Shown here: in pieces, positions 9,297 through 18,406 of the stretch
Position numbering within the stretch: the stretch's first letter is position 1
Layout of the letters: each line of letters starts with the position of its first letter
Source of the DNA: Nostoc punctiforme PCC 73102
Lineage (GTDB): Bacteria > Cyanobacteriota > Cyanobacteriia > Cyanobacteriales > Nostocaceae
Reading direction: 5' to 3'
Assembly: GCF_000020025.1 (NCBI RefSeq)
Contig: NC_010628.1
Location: 120,001 to 152,000, forward strand
DNA: 32,000 nucleotides
Program-made: the position numbers and the translations under genes
Notes under the pieces: model-generated
The model's input: the letters and a program-made list of their open reading frames with translations, nothing else
What the model was told of the DNA's origin: nothing
Databases searched by the model: none

Positions 9297-9344
9297 ATTT
9301 GTCCTTTGTCCTTTGTCATTAGTGTATGAGAAATGACAAAGGAC
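9297..9344. terminator. STRR-derived 13-bp perfect hairpin between convergent genes
   Basis: TTTGTCC heptamers lead into GTCCTTTGTCATT (9308-9320), which pairs perfectly with AATGACAAAGGAC (9332-9344) across an 11-nt loop. It sits between the stops at 9294 (+) and 9352 (-). No U-tract is present, so terminator function is inferred from position only. Confidence 0.5.
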
Positions 9345-9351
9345 TGTTGAC

Positions 9352-10023
9352 TCAGCGCTTTTGTTTGGAATTCCCAGAAAAGGGTATTTCCAAAGATTTC
9401 TGAAAATCTTGCTGAACTTTACGAGTTAAGCGGCGGGAAACTTGGCGGACAATTTGGTTAAGTAAGCGATCGCCTGTAGATTGAATTATAGACTTGGGTA
9501 ATCGCTGGATAAACCGAGGAAAGTGCAAATCAACTATTAAATCCAATTCCCATTCGACTCTCGTAACCTCGCCGCTACTGCAAGCATCGTTTTCTATTAG
9601 CTGTAGAGATGCCCGATAATCTACGTCATAACCAGGCGATTGGTAATCAGGAATGGGGATTGTACGGATGCGGTAAATACCCTCCTCTGGGGGCAACAAT
9701 TCCAAACCAATTTTCGGTTCTACTTCATAACCGAAAGCACCAAAACGACCAATTACTAGAGCATAGCCATTTTCCCCAAGTAATTGCACTTTCATGGGTT
9801 CAGCACAACGAGAAAACCATAAGGCGTGAGCGTTAAGATACTCAGCAACCTTTTCTGCTGGGGCAGGCATTTCCATAAAATCTTGATAACGACCGTAAAA
9901 TTTTGTGATCGTCGCTACATTTGTGTCTGTTAATATGTTCTTGGCTTCTTCTTGGTTGGACGCTACAGGTAAAACTGCTTCTGTTATTTCCCAGGATTTA
10001 TATTCGCCTTGTCTTGAAAGCAT
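9352..10023 (-). CDS. DUF1997-family protein
   Basis: The C-terminal block VEWELDLIVDLHFPRFIQRLPKSIIQSTGDRLLNQIVRQVSRRLTRKVQQDF matches the DUF1997 pattern as I remember it. The assignment is from memory, not from a search. Confidence 0.6.
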   Translation of the reverse strand: MLSRQGEYKSWEITEAVLPVASNQEEAKNILTDTNVATITKFYGRYQDFMEMPAPAEKVAEYLNAHALWFSRCAEPMKVQLLGENGYALVIGRFGAFGYEVEPKIGLELLPPEEGIYRIRTIPIPDYQSPGYDVDYRASLQLIENDACSSGEVTRVEWELDLIVDLHFPRFIQRLPKSIIQSTGDRLLNQIVRQVSRRLTRKVQQDFQKSLEIPFSGNSKQKR

Positions 10024-10203
10024 AAATGCATTACTGTATATTTTGGCGTTCTGTCTATATTAATAATTCCCCACGTGCCTGGGTCGTTTCGCATCAATAT
10101 CCCATTTTGACCAAAACCTCATTAATCTGCCATCAACTCCATAGAATTACTAAAATTAAAGAACTAAACAAGCACACAATAGTTTCCCAGGATAGCATTT
10201 CTC

Positions 10204-10863
10204 ATGAAAGCATTTGTAGCAGGGGCAACGGGTGAAACAGGTCGTCGGATTGTGCAAGAGTTGATAGCGCGGAATATTCCCGTCCGGGCTTTGGTGCGGG
10301 ATATAGAGAAAGCTAAGGGCATTCTGTCTCCTGAAGCCGAGTTGGTTGTAGGCGACGTATTACAACCAGAAAGTATTACTGCTGCGTTGGGAGATAGCAC
10401 AGTTTTGTTAGTTGCGACTGGTGCAAAACCTAGTTTTGACCCCACTGGCCCCTATAAAGTAGATTTTGAAGGGACTAAAAATTTAGTAGACGCTGCCAAA
10501 GCAAAGGGAATTGAGCATTTTGTCTTAGTTTCTTCTTTGTGTACTTCGCAGTTCTTCCATCCACTGAATTTGTTTTGGCTGATTTTGGTGTGGAAAAAGC
10601 AAGCTGAAGAGTATATCCAGAAAAGCGGTCTTACTTATACGATTGTGCGACCTGGTGGGTTGAAGAATGAAGATAACCTTGACGCGATCGTGATGCAGAG
10701 CGCTGATACATTGTTTGACGGTAGCATCCCCAGGCAAAAAGTTGCCCAAGTTGCTGTTGAGGCGCTGTTTGAAGCGGATGCACGCAATAAAATTGTCGAA
10801 ATTGTAGCCAAGCCTGAAGCAGCTTCCAAAAGTTTTGGAGAATTATTTGCTAACGTTGCCTAA
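10204..10863 (+). CDS. NAD(P)H-binding atypical SDR (NmrA/flavin-reductase-like)
   Basis: N-terminal Rossmann motif MKAFVAGATGETGRRIV, followed by HFVLVSS and YTIVRPGGL. Confidence 0.85.
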   Translation: MKAFVAGATGETGRRIVQELIARNIPVRALVRDIEKAKGILSPEAELVVGDVLQPESITAALGDSTVLLVATGAKPSFDPTGPYKVDFEGTKNLVDAAKAKGIEHFVLVSSLCTSQFFHPLNLFWLILVWKKQAEEYIQKSGLTYTIVRPGGLKNEDNLDAIVMQSADTLFDGSIPRQKVAQVAVEALFEADARNKIVEIVAKPEAASKSFGELFANVA

Positions 10864-10915
10864 TTAAGCAGTTTAATTCCTGTAGAAGTCTTGCTTAGAT
10901 ACAACAAGCATTTTG

Positions 10916-10937
10916 GGCACAGTATTACTGTGCCTTT
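10916..10937 (+). terminator. Rho-independent terminator of the SDR gene
   Basis: GGCACAGT (10916-10923), loop ATT, ACTGTGCC (10927-10934), then TTT. It lies 53 nt downstream of the stop at 10863. Confidence 0.6.
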
Positions 10938-11098
10938 ACAAAAATACTGTATTGGATGGAAGTGAACTTAGTCAGAATGAGTTCGTCGATGATTTTTGTT
11001 AGCAAAGAGAGCGAATTTGAAGGAGTCGGACTCTGAAAGGCTTTGAATTCAAAGGTGTTGAAAAACTTATTGGACCAATAGCCGCGATTCTCGGCTTT

Positions 11099-11749
11099 GT
11101 GTATTTGTTGCAATGGTATATTGGAGACTTGCGATCGCCTTCCGATCCCATCTTTGCAGATAAACAGCCACCTTTGGTGATGAAACAGGGCGATCCCTAT
11201 ATCCGTGCTTTAATGCGAACCATATCCGCGAGTGAAGCCAGTGGAAACCGTCCTTATTCGCTGTTATACGGTGGACAGCAAGTTAACGACCTTAGCCGAC
11301 ATCCTGAGATATGCGTCACAATTATCACAGGACCAAATACAGGTAATTGTTCTACGGCTGCTGGCAGATATCAAATTATCAACATTACTTGGTATCGTTT
11401 AGCCCCTCGTTATCACCCAAGACCGATGCAGATGATGTTTTGGACTGGTTATAGTTTTGAAGCAGAATATCAAGATATAGTCGTTTACCGTTGGTTAACT
11501 GATTCTAAAGTTTGGGGAACCGATCTTTCTCAATTGCTGCGTCAGGGAAAGTTAAATGATGTTTTGCGGCGGCTCTCCCCCACCTGGACAAGTCTAGGAT
11601 ATGGTATAGAAACTAATTCTGTTAGTAGCTCTTTGCCTAAAGTTTATCAGAAAATGTTGCAAGAGGAATTAACCGCAGCTAATCAACCAATAGCCCCAAA
11701 TTTAACACCATCGCCAACTCCTTCCAGAAAACCAGTAAAGAAGCCGTGA
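11099..11749 (+). CDS. Lambda-R-like lytic transglycosylase/muramidase (GH104 family)
   Basis: It aligns by eye with phage lambda R: ISASEAS resembles LAWSEGT, YGGQQVNDLSRHP resembles VGGELFTDYSDHP, AAGRYQI resembles GAGRYQL, and TWTSLGYG resembles IWASLPGAGYG. The tail is proline-rich. The annotated start is GTG 11099. The frame is open upstream from 11021 and encodes a hydrophobic stretch (KLIGPIAAILGFVYLL) without a canonical start codon, so the N-terminus is uncertain. Confidence 0.75.
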   Translation: MYLLQWYIGDLRSPSDPIFADKQPPLVMKQGDPYIRALMRTISASEASGNRPYSLLYGGQQVNDLSRHPEICVTIITGPNTGNCSTAAGRYQIINITWYRLAPRYHPRPMQMMFWTGYSFEAEYQDIVVYRWLTDSKVWGTDLSQLLRQGKLNDVLRRLSPTWTSLGYGIETNSVSSSLPKVYQKMLQEELTAANQPIAPNLTPSPTPSRKPVKKP

Positions 11750-11763
11750 GGTTATCTTAATTT

Positions 11764-12582
11764 CTAATTTGCTGTAGACAGAAAATCTTTGATATTTTCT
11801 ACAAATGCTAATGTATTTTCAAAGTGAATATTATGTCCAGCATTTTTAATTATTTTTAGCTGTGCAAATTCACATATTTGAGCTATTTCTGTATTAATAG
11901 ATATAAATTTTTTATCATATTCACCAGTTAGTAAGAGTATATGAATTTTATTCTCTTGTAGCTTCTCCCACAAAGAAGGTTGGCATCCAGTCCCCATAAA
12001 GCGCAATGATTTATCTAATTCCTGCGGGTTGTTCTGCAAGCGATTTTCTATCATGCGATCGTATTGTGGATGATTTTTTATATAACCAAAAATTGGTTGA
12101 TTGTACCAATTTGACAAAAAAGCAGCAAAATCAATTTGAAGAATACTTCTGCTTAATTTTCTAGCTATTTGAGCATCACGCCTAATTCGTTCTAATCGTT
12201 CTACTTCTGTTGCTAAACCTGGACAGGCTGATTCTAATACAACTTTAATAAAACGTTGTGGAAAATGTAAAGTTAAGTATAAAGCTAATCTTCCGCCCAT
12301 CGAGTAGCCAATTAAGTGGCATTTATCTATTCTTAATTCATCCAATAAATTGATTATTGCTTGAGCAATGGATTCCATTTGGTAGTATTCATCACCTCCT
12401 AAAACTTCAGTTTTACCATGTCCTGGTAAGTCCAGAGTGAGATAACAAAAATCTTCAGATAGCAATTTTATGGCTTCATTAAACTCATGAATGTTTCCTA
12501 TAAAGCCGTGTAAAAAAATAATTAGAGGTTTGTTAGTATTTCCATTTAAAAAATAGTTAAATTTATATTTTTTTAAAATCAT
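11764..12582 (-). CDS. menH: 2-succinyl-6-hydroxy-2,4-cyclohexadiene-1-carboxylate synthase (MenH, phylloquinone pathway)
   Basis: Alpha/beta hydrolase with FLHGF and GYSMGGRLALY. MenH-specific blocks compare well with E. coli MenH: ESACPGLATEVERLERIRRD, FLSNWYNQPIF, NRLQNNP, LLTGEYDKKF and AGHNIHFEN. GC content is markedly low, about 25-43 percent in sampled 60-mers. Confidence 0.8.
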   Translation of the reverse strand: MILKKYKFNYFLNGNTNKPLIIFLHGFIGNIHEFNEAIKLLSEDFCYLTLDLPGHGKTEVLGGDEYYQMESIAQAIINLLDELRIDKCHLIGYSMGGRLALYLTLHFPQRFIKVVLESACPGLATEVERLERIRRDAQIARKLSRSILQIDFAAFLSNWYNQPIFGYIKNHPQYDRMIENRLQNNPQELDKSLRFMGTGCQPSLWEKLQENKIHILLLTGEYDKKFISINTEIAQICEFAQLKIIKNAGHNIHFENTLAFVENIKDFLSTAN

Positions 12583-12813
12583 TTTTGGAAGATATGTAAT
12601 GGCAATGTCAAAATATCCCTAGCCTAATATACTTTGAAGGGTATAATTTACCCCCTTGCAACTTCTTTGGAGCTACCTAGACTATCAGCTATGACTGTAA
12701 AACACTTATGCTAATTTTGGCGTAAAAAACCCTTTACCTGAGTAAATACAGCAAATATTGCATCTCTACAAAATGTTTTGTCGTGCCAGTGAATTTTTGA
12801 TTTTTCAAGATTT

Positions 12814-13215
12814 TTAAGGTAAAAATCGATCTAAAGCAGCTTTTAATTCTTTAATTTCAACGTCAATATTACCCTCGTGTGCAGCTCTAGCAATACATTC
12901 AGTTAAATGTTCATCCAAAACAATTCGCGCTACCTTATCCAATGCGCCTCGCACTGCGGCAATTTGCAATAGAACATCAGGACAAGGGCTATTTTGCTGC
13001 ACCATTGTCTTAATACCACGAACATGTCCTTCTATCCGCGATAATCGATTGGCAATTCGCCGTAAAGACTCTTCGCTATGGACGTGAGGATGAGCAGGCT
13101 CTCCAGTCCCATGAGTATGATCTGTATGCTCATGTTCTGTATCATGATGCTGGGAATGTTCTGCTTGTTGGGATATTGGCAAGGATTCCTTACCTAATCG
13201 GTTTGATCCATTCAT
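12814..13215 (-). CDS. CsoR/RcnR/InrS-family metal-sensing transcriptional repressor with His-rich N-terminal extension
   Basis: DUF156 core RLSRIEGHVRGIKTMVQQNSPCPDVLLQIAAVRGALDKVARIVLDEHLTECI. The N-terminus reads EHSQHHDTEHEHTDHTHGTGEPAHPHVH. Confidence 0.85.
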   Translation of the reverse strand: MNGSNRLGKESLPISQQAEHSQHHDTEHEHTDHTHGTGEPAHPHVHSEESLRRIANRLSRIEGHVRGIKTMVQQNSPCPDVLLQIAAVRGALDKVARIVLDEHLTECIARAAHEGNIDVEIKELKAALDRFLP

Positions 13216-13479
13216 GGGTTATCAAAGGACTTGTAATATTAAGATCCTAGCCTAGAGGGTAATGTTAATCGCTAATGAGTTTACACCTATGGGTGTTGAT
13301 GGCAAATTCAATTCGTGCATATAGGCACACAAACTTAGGTCAAGCTTTTCCGTAGGGTAGCCTAGCTGTGTGAGCTAAGGGACTTCCAAATACAAAAAGA
13401 TCCCATTACTTTAGGGGCAGGGGGCAGGAAAGTCGTAGTGAAGCTCAGAAATTGGATAATTGATTTTTTGGAGTTCCTT

Positions 13480-13515
13480 AATAAAAAACAAGGGGTAAAA
13501 TCCCCTTATTTTTAA
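13480..13515. terminator. Bidirectional Rho-independent terminator
   Basis: AAGGGG (13490-13495), loop TAAAAT, CCCCTT (13502-13507). It is flanked by an A-run upstream and a T-run downstream, so a U-tract follows on either strand. It lies about 70 nt downstream of the minus-strand stop at 13573. Confidence 0.65.
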
Positions 13516-13572
13516 CTCGTTTAGGTGGGTAAAGCCTCGTGTACTTGAGGTTTATAACTGTCTATTTAATTA

Positions 13573-14778
13573 TTAACGATTGGCTTTTTCTTGGGGAATA
13601 ATTTCTGTTACTACCCTACCGCTAGAACTGCCACCTTTGACAACAATATTTTCTGTTTGCAGATTACCAACGGCTGTTTCACCTGTAAAATTTAACGGTG
13701 GGTCAACTTGCCGATAAACCACATTTCCCTGAGCTTCAACTAACTTATTGTCTAAATACCAAGTTAATGTACTAGATTGCAAAGACTGGCGACGCTGACC
13801 AATGGCGTTGACATTACCTGTTAAATAAACCGTTTTTTGCGGGATTTTCATTTCACCTTGATTTGCAGTCACGGTAAGATTTTCGACACGCTGGAACATT
13901 CGCACAGGCGAATTTGTAGTAACAGTTTCTGCATTCATATTCCAGGTCATAGAGTTACTAGCTATTTGCACTGGTGGGTCTAGTAAATCTAATTGAGCAT
14001 TCTGTTGAATAGTGGCAATTTTTGTTTTTAAGTTGACTTCGGCATAATTTCCCTTACCGCGATCGCTAATCTTATTATCTTTGTAGCGATCAATTTGTAT
14101 GGGGCGATCGCCAATCAGTTTTTCTTCTTTAATATTCCAGACTAAATGCTCGGTTCTTACTTGTAATTGGGGATCGGCGGAATTTGCTACTACTTTTCCA
14201 GAAAATTCCATGCGCTGTTCGCGGGTTTTAACTCGCACTTCTTGCGCTACAGCTTGTAGTTGTTTGTGAGTACCGTTAATTTTGTTGCGGACAATCAACA
14301 AATCTTCTTTGGGCCGCCATTCTAATTCATTACCTTGCAATACAATTCCATTACTAGGGTCTGTGGCAAATATCTTACCTTTAAGAAATAACTGCTTCCC
14401 ATCTTGTTCAATATCTGCGACATCTGCCTTGATTTGGTAAACTATTTTACCATCTTGATATAGTTCACCATAAGGACTTTCAGCTTGACCAATTTGTTTT
14501 TCTTTGGTGTATTTTGCTTGTTTAGCCCTGACTTTCCAAATTGGTCTTCCCACTTCATCTGCCTGTTCTAGGGTGACATCAAAGAAGGTTAAATTGCTAT
14601 CTTGCTTAGATGAAGCCGCAGAATTTTCTTGAGAAGCTGGAGGGGATTTACCCCCACAACTTACTAAACCAAATATCAAGAAAAAAATCAAAGGTAAAAA
14701 AAGGAAGGAGGGAGTGGGGGAATAATTTTGAATCTTTCTCTCCCCCTGTCTCCCTCTTTTATGAAATTGATACGCCAT
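13573..14778 (-). CDS. LptC/LptA (OstA)-like periplasmic lipoprotein
   Basis: The signal peptide carries the lipobox LVSCGG. The body is long, beta-rich and repetitive (K/Q/N/V-rich), like cyanobacterial proteins annotated as LptC/OstA family. The family call is from memory. Confidence 0.55.
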   Translation of the reverse strand: MAYQFHKRGRQGERKIQNYSPTPSFLFLPLIFFLIFGLVSCGGKSPPASQENSAASSKQDSNLTFFDVTLEQADEVGRPIWKVRAKQAKYTKEKQIGQAESPYGELYQDGKIVYQIKADVADIEQDGKQLFLKGKIFATDPSNGIVLQGNELEWRPKEDLLIVRNKINGTHKQLQAVAQEVRVKTREQRMEFSGKVVANSADPQLQVRTEHLVWNIKEEKLIGDRPIQIDRYKDNKISDRGKGNYAEVNLKTKIATIQQNAQLDLLDPPVQIASNSMTWNMNAETVTTNSPVRMFQRVENLTVTANQGEMKIPQKTVYLTGNVNAIGQRRQSLQSSTLTWYLDNKLVEAQGNVVYRQVDPPLNFTGETAVGNLQTENIVVKGGSSSGRVVTEIIPQEKANR

Positions 14779-15410
14779 TATTCTTGGATTTCTAGGTGTC
14801 CATCACTAGTTCTTGGGTCTTCCAAAAAGCCGATACCAGATAACGGTCGGTATGGATAGCTTTGGCGAGGGGTTTTTTGAATGTCTTCTTTGATGGCTTC
14901 TAAATCGATGTAGCGATCGCTTACATTAATTAAGCTGTCACTGGTCATCGAACGCAAACTTACTACTTCTACCCGCACGCCGCGATAGCTAACTGAATTG
15001 ACCGCATAAGCCAAATCCCCATCACCGCTGACTAAAACTGCGGTATCATAAGAATCTACTAGCGCCATCATGTCTACTGCTATTTCTACATCCAGGTTAG
15101 CTTTTTTAGAGCCATCTGGTAGCTGGACTAAATCTTTAGCAATGACTCGATAGCCATTGCGACGCATCCACAGCAGGAACCCCTGTTGCTTCTCGTTCGT
15201 CCGGTCTACACCAGTGTAGAAAAAAGACCGTAGAAGTCTAGAACCTCCAGTCAATCGACACAATAGCTTCGTGTAATCGATCTCAATCCCTAGTTGCAGT
15301 GCAGCGTAAAATAGATTTGAGCCGTCAATAAATATGGCGACCCTACCCCGATTCTCCAAAACTTGTTCTGGCGTAAATATTGAATCGGTTTCAAAATTAT
15401 TCAACATCAT
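14778..15410 (-). CDS. NYN-domain (LabA/DUF88-like) protein
   Basis: VAIFIDGSNLFYAA, an IAVDMM acidic motif, and AVLVSGDGDLAYAV are typical of LabA-like NYN nucleases. Its TAA stop overlaps the ATG of the downstream gene (TAATG at 14778). Confidence 0.8.
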   Translation of the reverse strand: MMLNNFETDSIFTPEQVLENRGRVAIFIDGSNLFYAALQLGIEIDYTKLLCRLTGGSRLLRSFFYTGVDRTNEKQQGFLLWMRRNGYRVIAKDLVQLPDGSKKANLDVEIAVDMMALVDSYDTAVLVSGDGDLAYAVNSVSYRGVRVEVVSLRSMTSDSLINVSDRYIDLEAIKEDIQKTPRQSYPYRPLSGIGFLEDPRTSDGHLEIQE

Positions 15411-15577
15411 TGTGATACCTCGATTTTTATCCCTGTTATTTTTGATACAAATTACGAACTTTTAGATGCTAGTCACAGCGGCTTATGATAATGTTCCGGG
15501 GTTAATATAAATAAATTAAGCCCCGATAAATTTTTTGAGAGAATAAGAAATTGAACAAAATCAGAGTTTGATAAGGA

Positions 15578-17182
15578 CTAATCGTTTTTCGGGGGTTCTA
15601 TTCGCTTAAAAACTGGTTGGAATGTACCCAACTGTTGTTTACTAGATAGTATCCCCCATGTCGCATGGGTGGCAAAAGGAGCGGTAACTGAACTTTGTAT
15701 TTGATCGTTAAAGTCTATTCCAAAGCCCAGTTGCTGATAAATATCGCTACTGATGTTTGGAATAATTGGGGAAAGCAGATAAGCTGCCAGTCTAACTGAT
15801 TCTAGAACTGCGTAGAGAACTTTTTCCACGGACTCTTGCTGTCCCTGTTTATATAATGACCAAGGAGCTTGTTCATCAATAAACTTATTACTGGCTTGTG
15901 CCAGTGAAAGGATAGCGCCGCAGGCTTGACTGAAGGCTAGTTCCTTATATGCTTCTTTCACCTGTTCCCCTAGACGTAAACCTATTGTTTTCAAAGGATT
16001 TTCGTCAGAAATTCCTTCATTGCCGATTGATGGAACATTATTGTCAACGCAGTATTTCTTCACCATGCTCAAGGTGCGATTGAGCAAATTACCTAAATCA
16101 TTTGCCAAATCTGCATTCAGAACATTAATGAACCTTACTTCATTAAAATCTCCATCTTTGCCAAATTCGATTTCCTTAAGGAAGTAATAACGAACGGCAT
16201 CACTACCATAGCGTTGAACTAACGAAACAGGATCAAGGGTATTACCCAGACTTTTACCCATCTTTTGACCATCTTTAGTCAAAAAGCCATGCCCAAATAC
16301 TCTTTCTGGCAAGGGTAAGCCAGCTGACAACAACATTGCCGGCCAATAAACTGCATGGAAGCGCAAAATATCTTTACCTATTAAGTGCAGGTTGATTGGC
16401 CACCATGTTTCTAAAGCATTTGCTAAAGTTGGTTCTGCATCTGGTTCGAGTAATGCCGTGACATAACCTAGCAGCGCGTCAAACCAAACATAAAGGGTAT
16501 GTTTGGGATCAACTGGTACGGGAAAACCCCAATCTAGATTTACCCGTGAAATAGAAAAGTCTTGCAGTCCTTGATTGACAAAGCTGAGGACTTCATTACG
16601 CCGACTTTCTGGTTGAATAAAATTGGGTTTAGATTGATAAAACTCTGTCAGCTTATTTTGATATTTAGATAAGCGGAAAAAATAGTTTTGCTCGTCTCGC
16701 CATTCAACTTCTTTGTTAGTATGAATCGGACAACGATGTCCTTCTAGCAGATCCCGTTCTTCTTTGAATTCTTCACAAGATACGCAATACCACCCTTGTT
16801 GTTGTCCTTGGTAGATATCACCAGATTCCCAGACTCGCTCAAAGAATTCTTTGACGATCGCTTCATGACGAGGTGCAGTTGTCCGACTAAAGCGATCGTA
16901 TTTAATGTCTAGTAACTGCCACAAACTAATAAAACTGGGGACAACTTCATCGCAAAACTCTTGTGGCGCTTTGCCTAAACTTTCTGCCGATCGCTGAATT
17001 TTTTGTCCGTGTTCATCTGTACCTGTAATTAGTAATACCTGATGCCCTAGCAGCCTGTGAAATCGCGCTACTACATCTGCTGCGATCGTCGTATAAGCAC
17101 TGCCTATATGGGGGACATCGTTTACATAATATAGTGGTGTTGTCAGTGCAAATGTTTTTTCTGTTTTATTCACTAGATTCAT
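15578..17182 (-). CDS. metG: Methionine--tRNA ligase (short form without C-terminal tRNA-binding domain)
   Basis: HIGH motif (PHIGSAYTT), KMSKS motif (KMGKSLGN), and a zinc-knuckle-like CVSCEEF...HRCPIH. Confidence 0.95.
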   Translation of the reverse strand: MNLVNKTEKTFALTTPLYYVNDVPHIGSAYTTIAADVVARFHRLLGHQVLLITGTDEHGQKIQRSAESLGKAPQEFCDEVVPSFISLWQLLDIKYDRFSRTTAPRHEAIVKEFFERVWESGDIYQGQQQGWYCVSCEEFKEERDLLEGHRCPIHTNKEVEWRDEQNYFFRLSKYQNKLTEFYQSKPNFIQPESRRNEVLSFVNQGLQDFSISRVNLDWGFPVPVDPKHTLYVWFDALLGYVTALLEPDAEPTLANALETWWPINLHLIGKDILRFHAVYWPAMLLSAGLPLPERVFGHGFLTKDGQKMGKSLGNTLDPVSLVQRYGSDAVRYYFLKEIEFGKDGDFNEVRFINVLNADLANDLGNLLNRTLSMVKKYCVDNNVPSIGNEGISDENPLKTIGLRLGEQVKEAYKELAFSQACGAILSLAQASNKFIDEQAPWSLYKQGQQESVEKVLYAVLESVRLAAYLLSPIIPNISSDIYQQLGFGIDFNDQIQSSVTAPFATHATWGILSSKQQLGTFQPVFKRIEPPKND

Positions 17183-17561
17183 ACAAAATAAAAATTAACT
17201 TATTAAAACCTTTTACTTCTTACTTTTGTGGGCAAAACCACGCAATTATACAATAATATTTCCATTTTTTCCAATAACACCTTAATAGTAGCAAATTTAT
17301 CAGGTCAAAAATTGTTTTGTAATATGTATCTATTCAAATCATTATTGCCTATATGAGAAAAAGTAACTAATCATAATTTTTTTGAATACTTTCTATTAGA
17401 AATTATTGTGATCGAGAATACATAATGCAGAATGCAGAAAACTTAGCTGGTTTTATAGATCAGATATTTCTATCTTAAGACGGTCATGGCAGTAGTAAAG
17501 AAATGTAAAAATTAAGTTAAGATAAACCGCCATATTTACCGGAATATATTGATGATTAGGT

Positions 17562-18287
17562 ATGAGTCGAAATAGCCCCCTAGAGATTTCTCGCACTTTG
17601 GTGGCGGCACTCTCAACACAAATGTTTCGCTATTATGAGGATCGCATTCCCCAGGATGCTAGCGTTTTGGTAGTCAGCAATCACCGCAGCTTCATGGATG
17701 CGCTGATATTAATGGCGGCGTTATCAAGTCCGATTCGCTTTGCTTGCCATCACTATATGGGACAAGTGCCAGTAATGCGGGAGATTGTCACCGGTCAATT
17801 GGGGTGTTTTCCTTTGGAGGAAACTCAAAACCGCCAACAAAGCTTTTTTTCGCAGTCGCAGTTGCTATTGCAGTCTAAGCAGATGGTGGGAGTATTTCCA
17901 GAAGGGACTGCACCAATGGTGAAATCTACTCAGCCAAACCAGGTGGGTGAGTTTCAACGAGGATTTGCCCATTTAGCATTGCGAGCTGATGTGCAAGATT
18001 TAGCAATTTTGCCGATCGCGATCGCTTCCTTAGAAGAGGTAAACACGAATGGTTTTCCCTTAAGGCTTTTGAGTGTATTTGACCCTTCAGAACCTTTATT
18101 TAATCAAGCTGGTTGGCATCCTTTGGTAATTTATCGCCGGGTTGCGGTGTTAATCGGTCGCCCTTATTGGATAACACCCCAACATCAAAAAAAATATCAC
18201 GGGAAACAAGCCAGAACTGTTGTGGCTGAACTGACAGAACACTGTCATGGTGAAATTAGCCATTTACTTCGTCAAGGTTGCTATTAG
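17562..18287 (+). CDS. PlsC-superfamily (lysophospholipid) acyltransferase
   Basis: HX4D motif VVSNHRSFMDA, FPEGT, and a later IAIAS block. Confidence 0.8.
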   Translation: MSRNSPLEISRTLVAALSTQMFRYYEDRIPQDASVLVVSNHRSFMDALILMAALSSPIRFACHHYMGQVPVMREIVTGQLGCFPLEETQNRQQSFFSQSQLLLQSKQMVGVFPEGTAPMVKSTQPNQVGEFQRGFAHLALRADVQDLAILPIAIASLEEVNTNGFPLRLLSVFDPSEPLFNQAGWHPLVIYRRVAVLIGRPYWITPQHQKKYHGKQARTVVAELTEHCHGEISHLLRQGCY

Positions 18288-18371
18288 AGCTATTCGATTT
18301 TGGACTTCAACTTTGCTCAGTCGAACAATTTTGGATTGTCGGAACAATTAACAGTTCAAAAGTTTTATACC

Positions 18372-18406
18372 ATTGACTAATGACCATTGACCAATGACCA
18401 ATGACT
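18372..18406. repeat. STRR heptamer array (AATGACC family) containing the start codon of the hydrolase gene
   Basis: ATTGACT AATGACC ATTGACC AATGACC AATGACT. The ATG at 18401 lies in the last unit. Confidence 0.8.

Noticed and set aside
11099-11749. The GH104 lysozyme as a marker of a prophage or lysis cassette.
   Set aside because: No holin, spanin, integrase, capsid or tail genes, or att-like repeats, are nearby. The flanking genes are ordinary chromosomal genes.
15497-15536. A 10-bp bulged hairpin (CGGGGTTAAT/ATTAAGCCCCG) with a T6 run on the plus strand, between metG and the NYN gene.
   Set aside because: The T-run is 5 nt away from the stem and on the strand opposite to all neighbouring genes. 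On the minus strand no U-tract follows. It is not convincing as a terminator for either strand.
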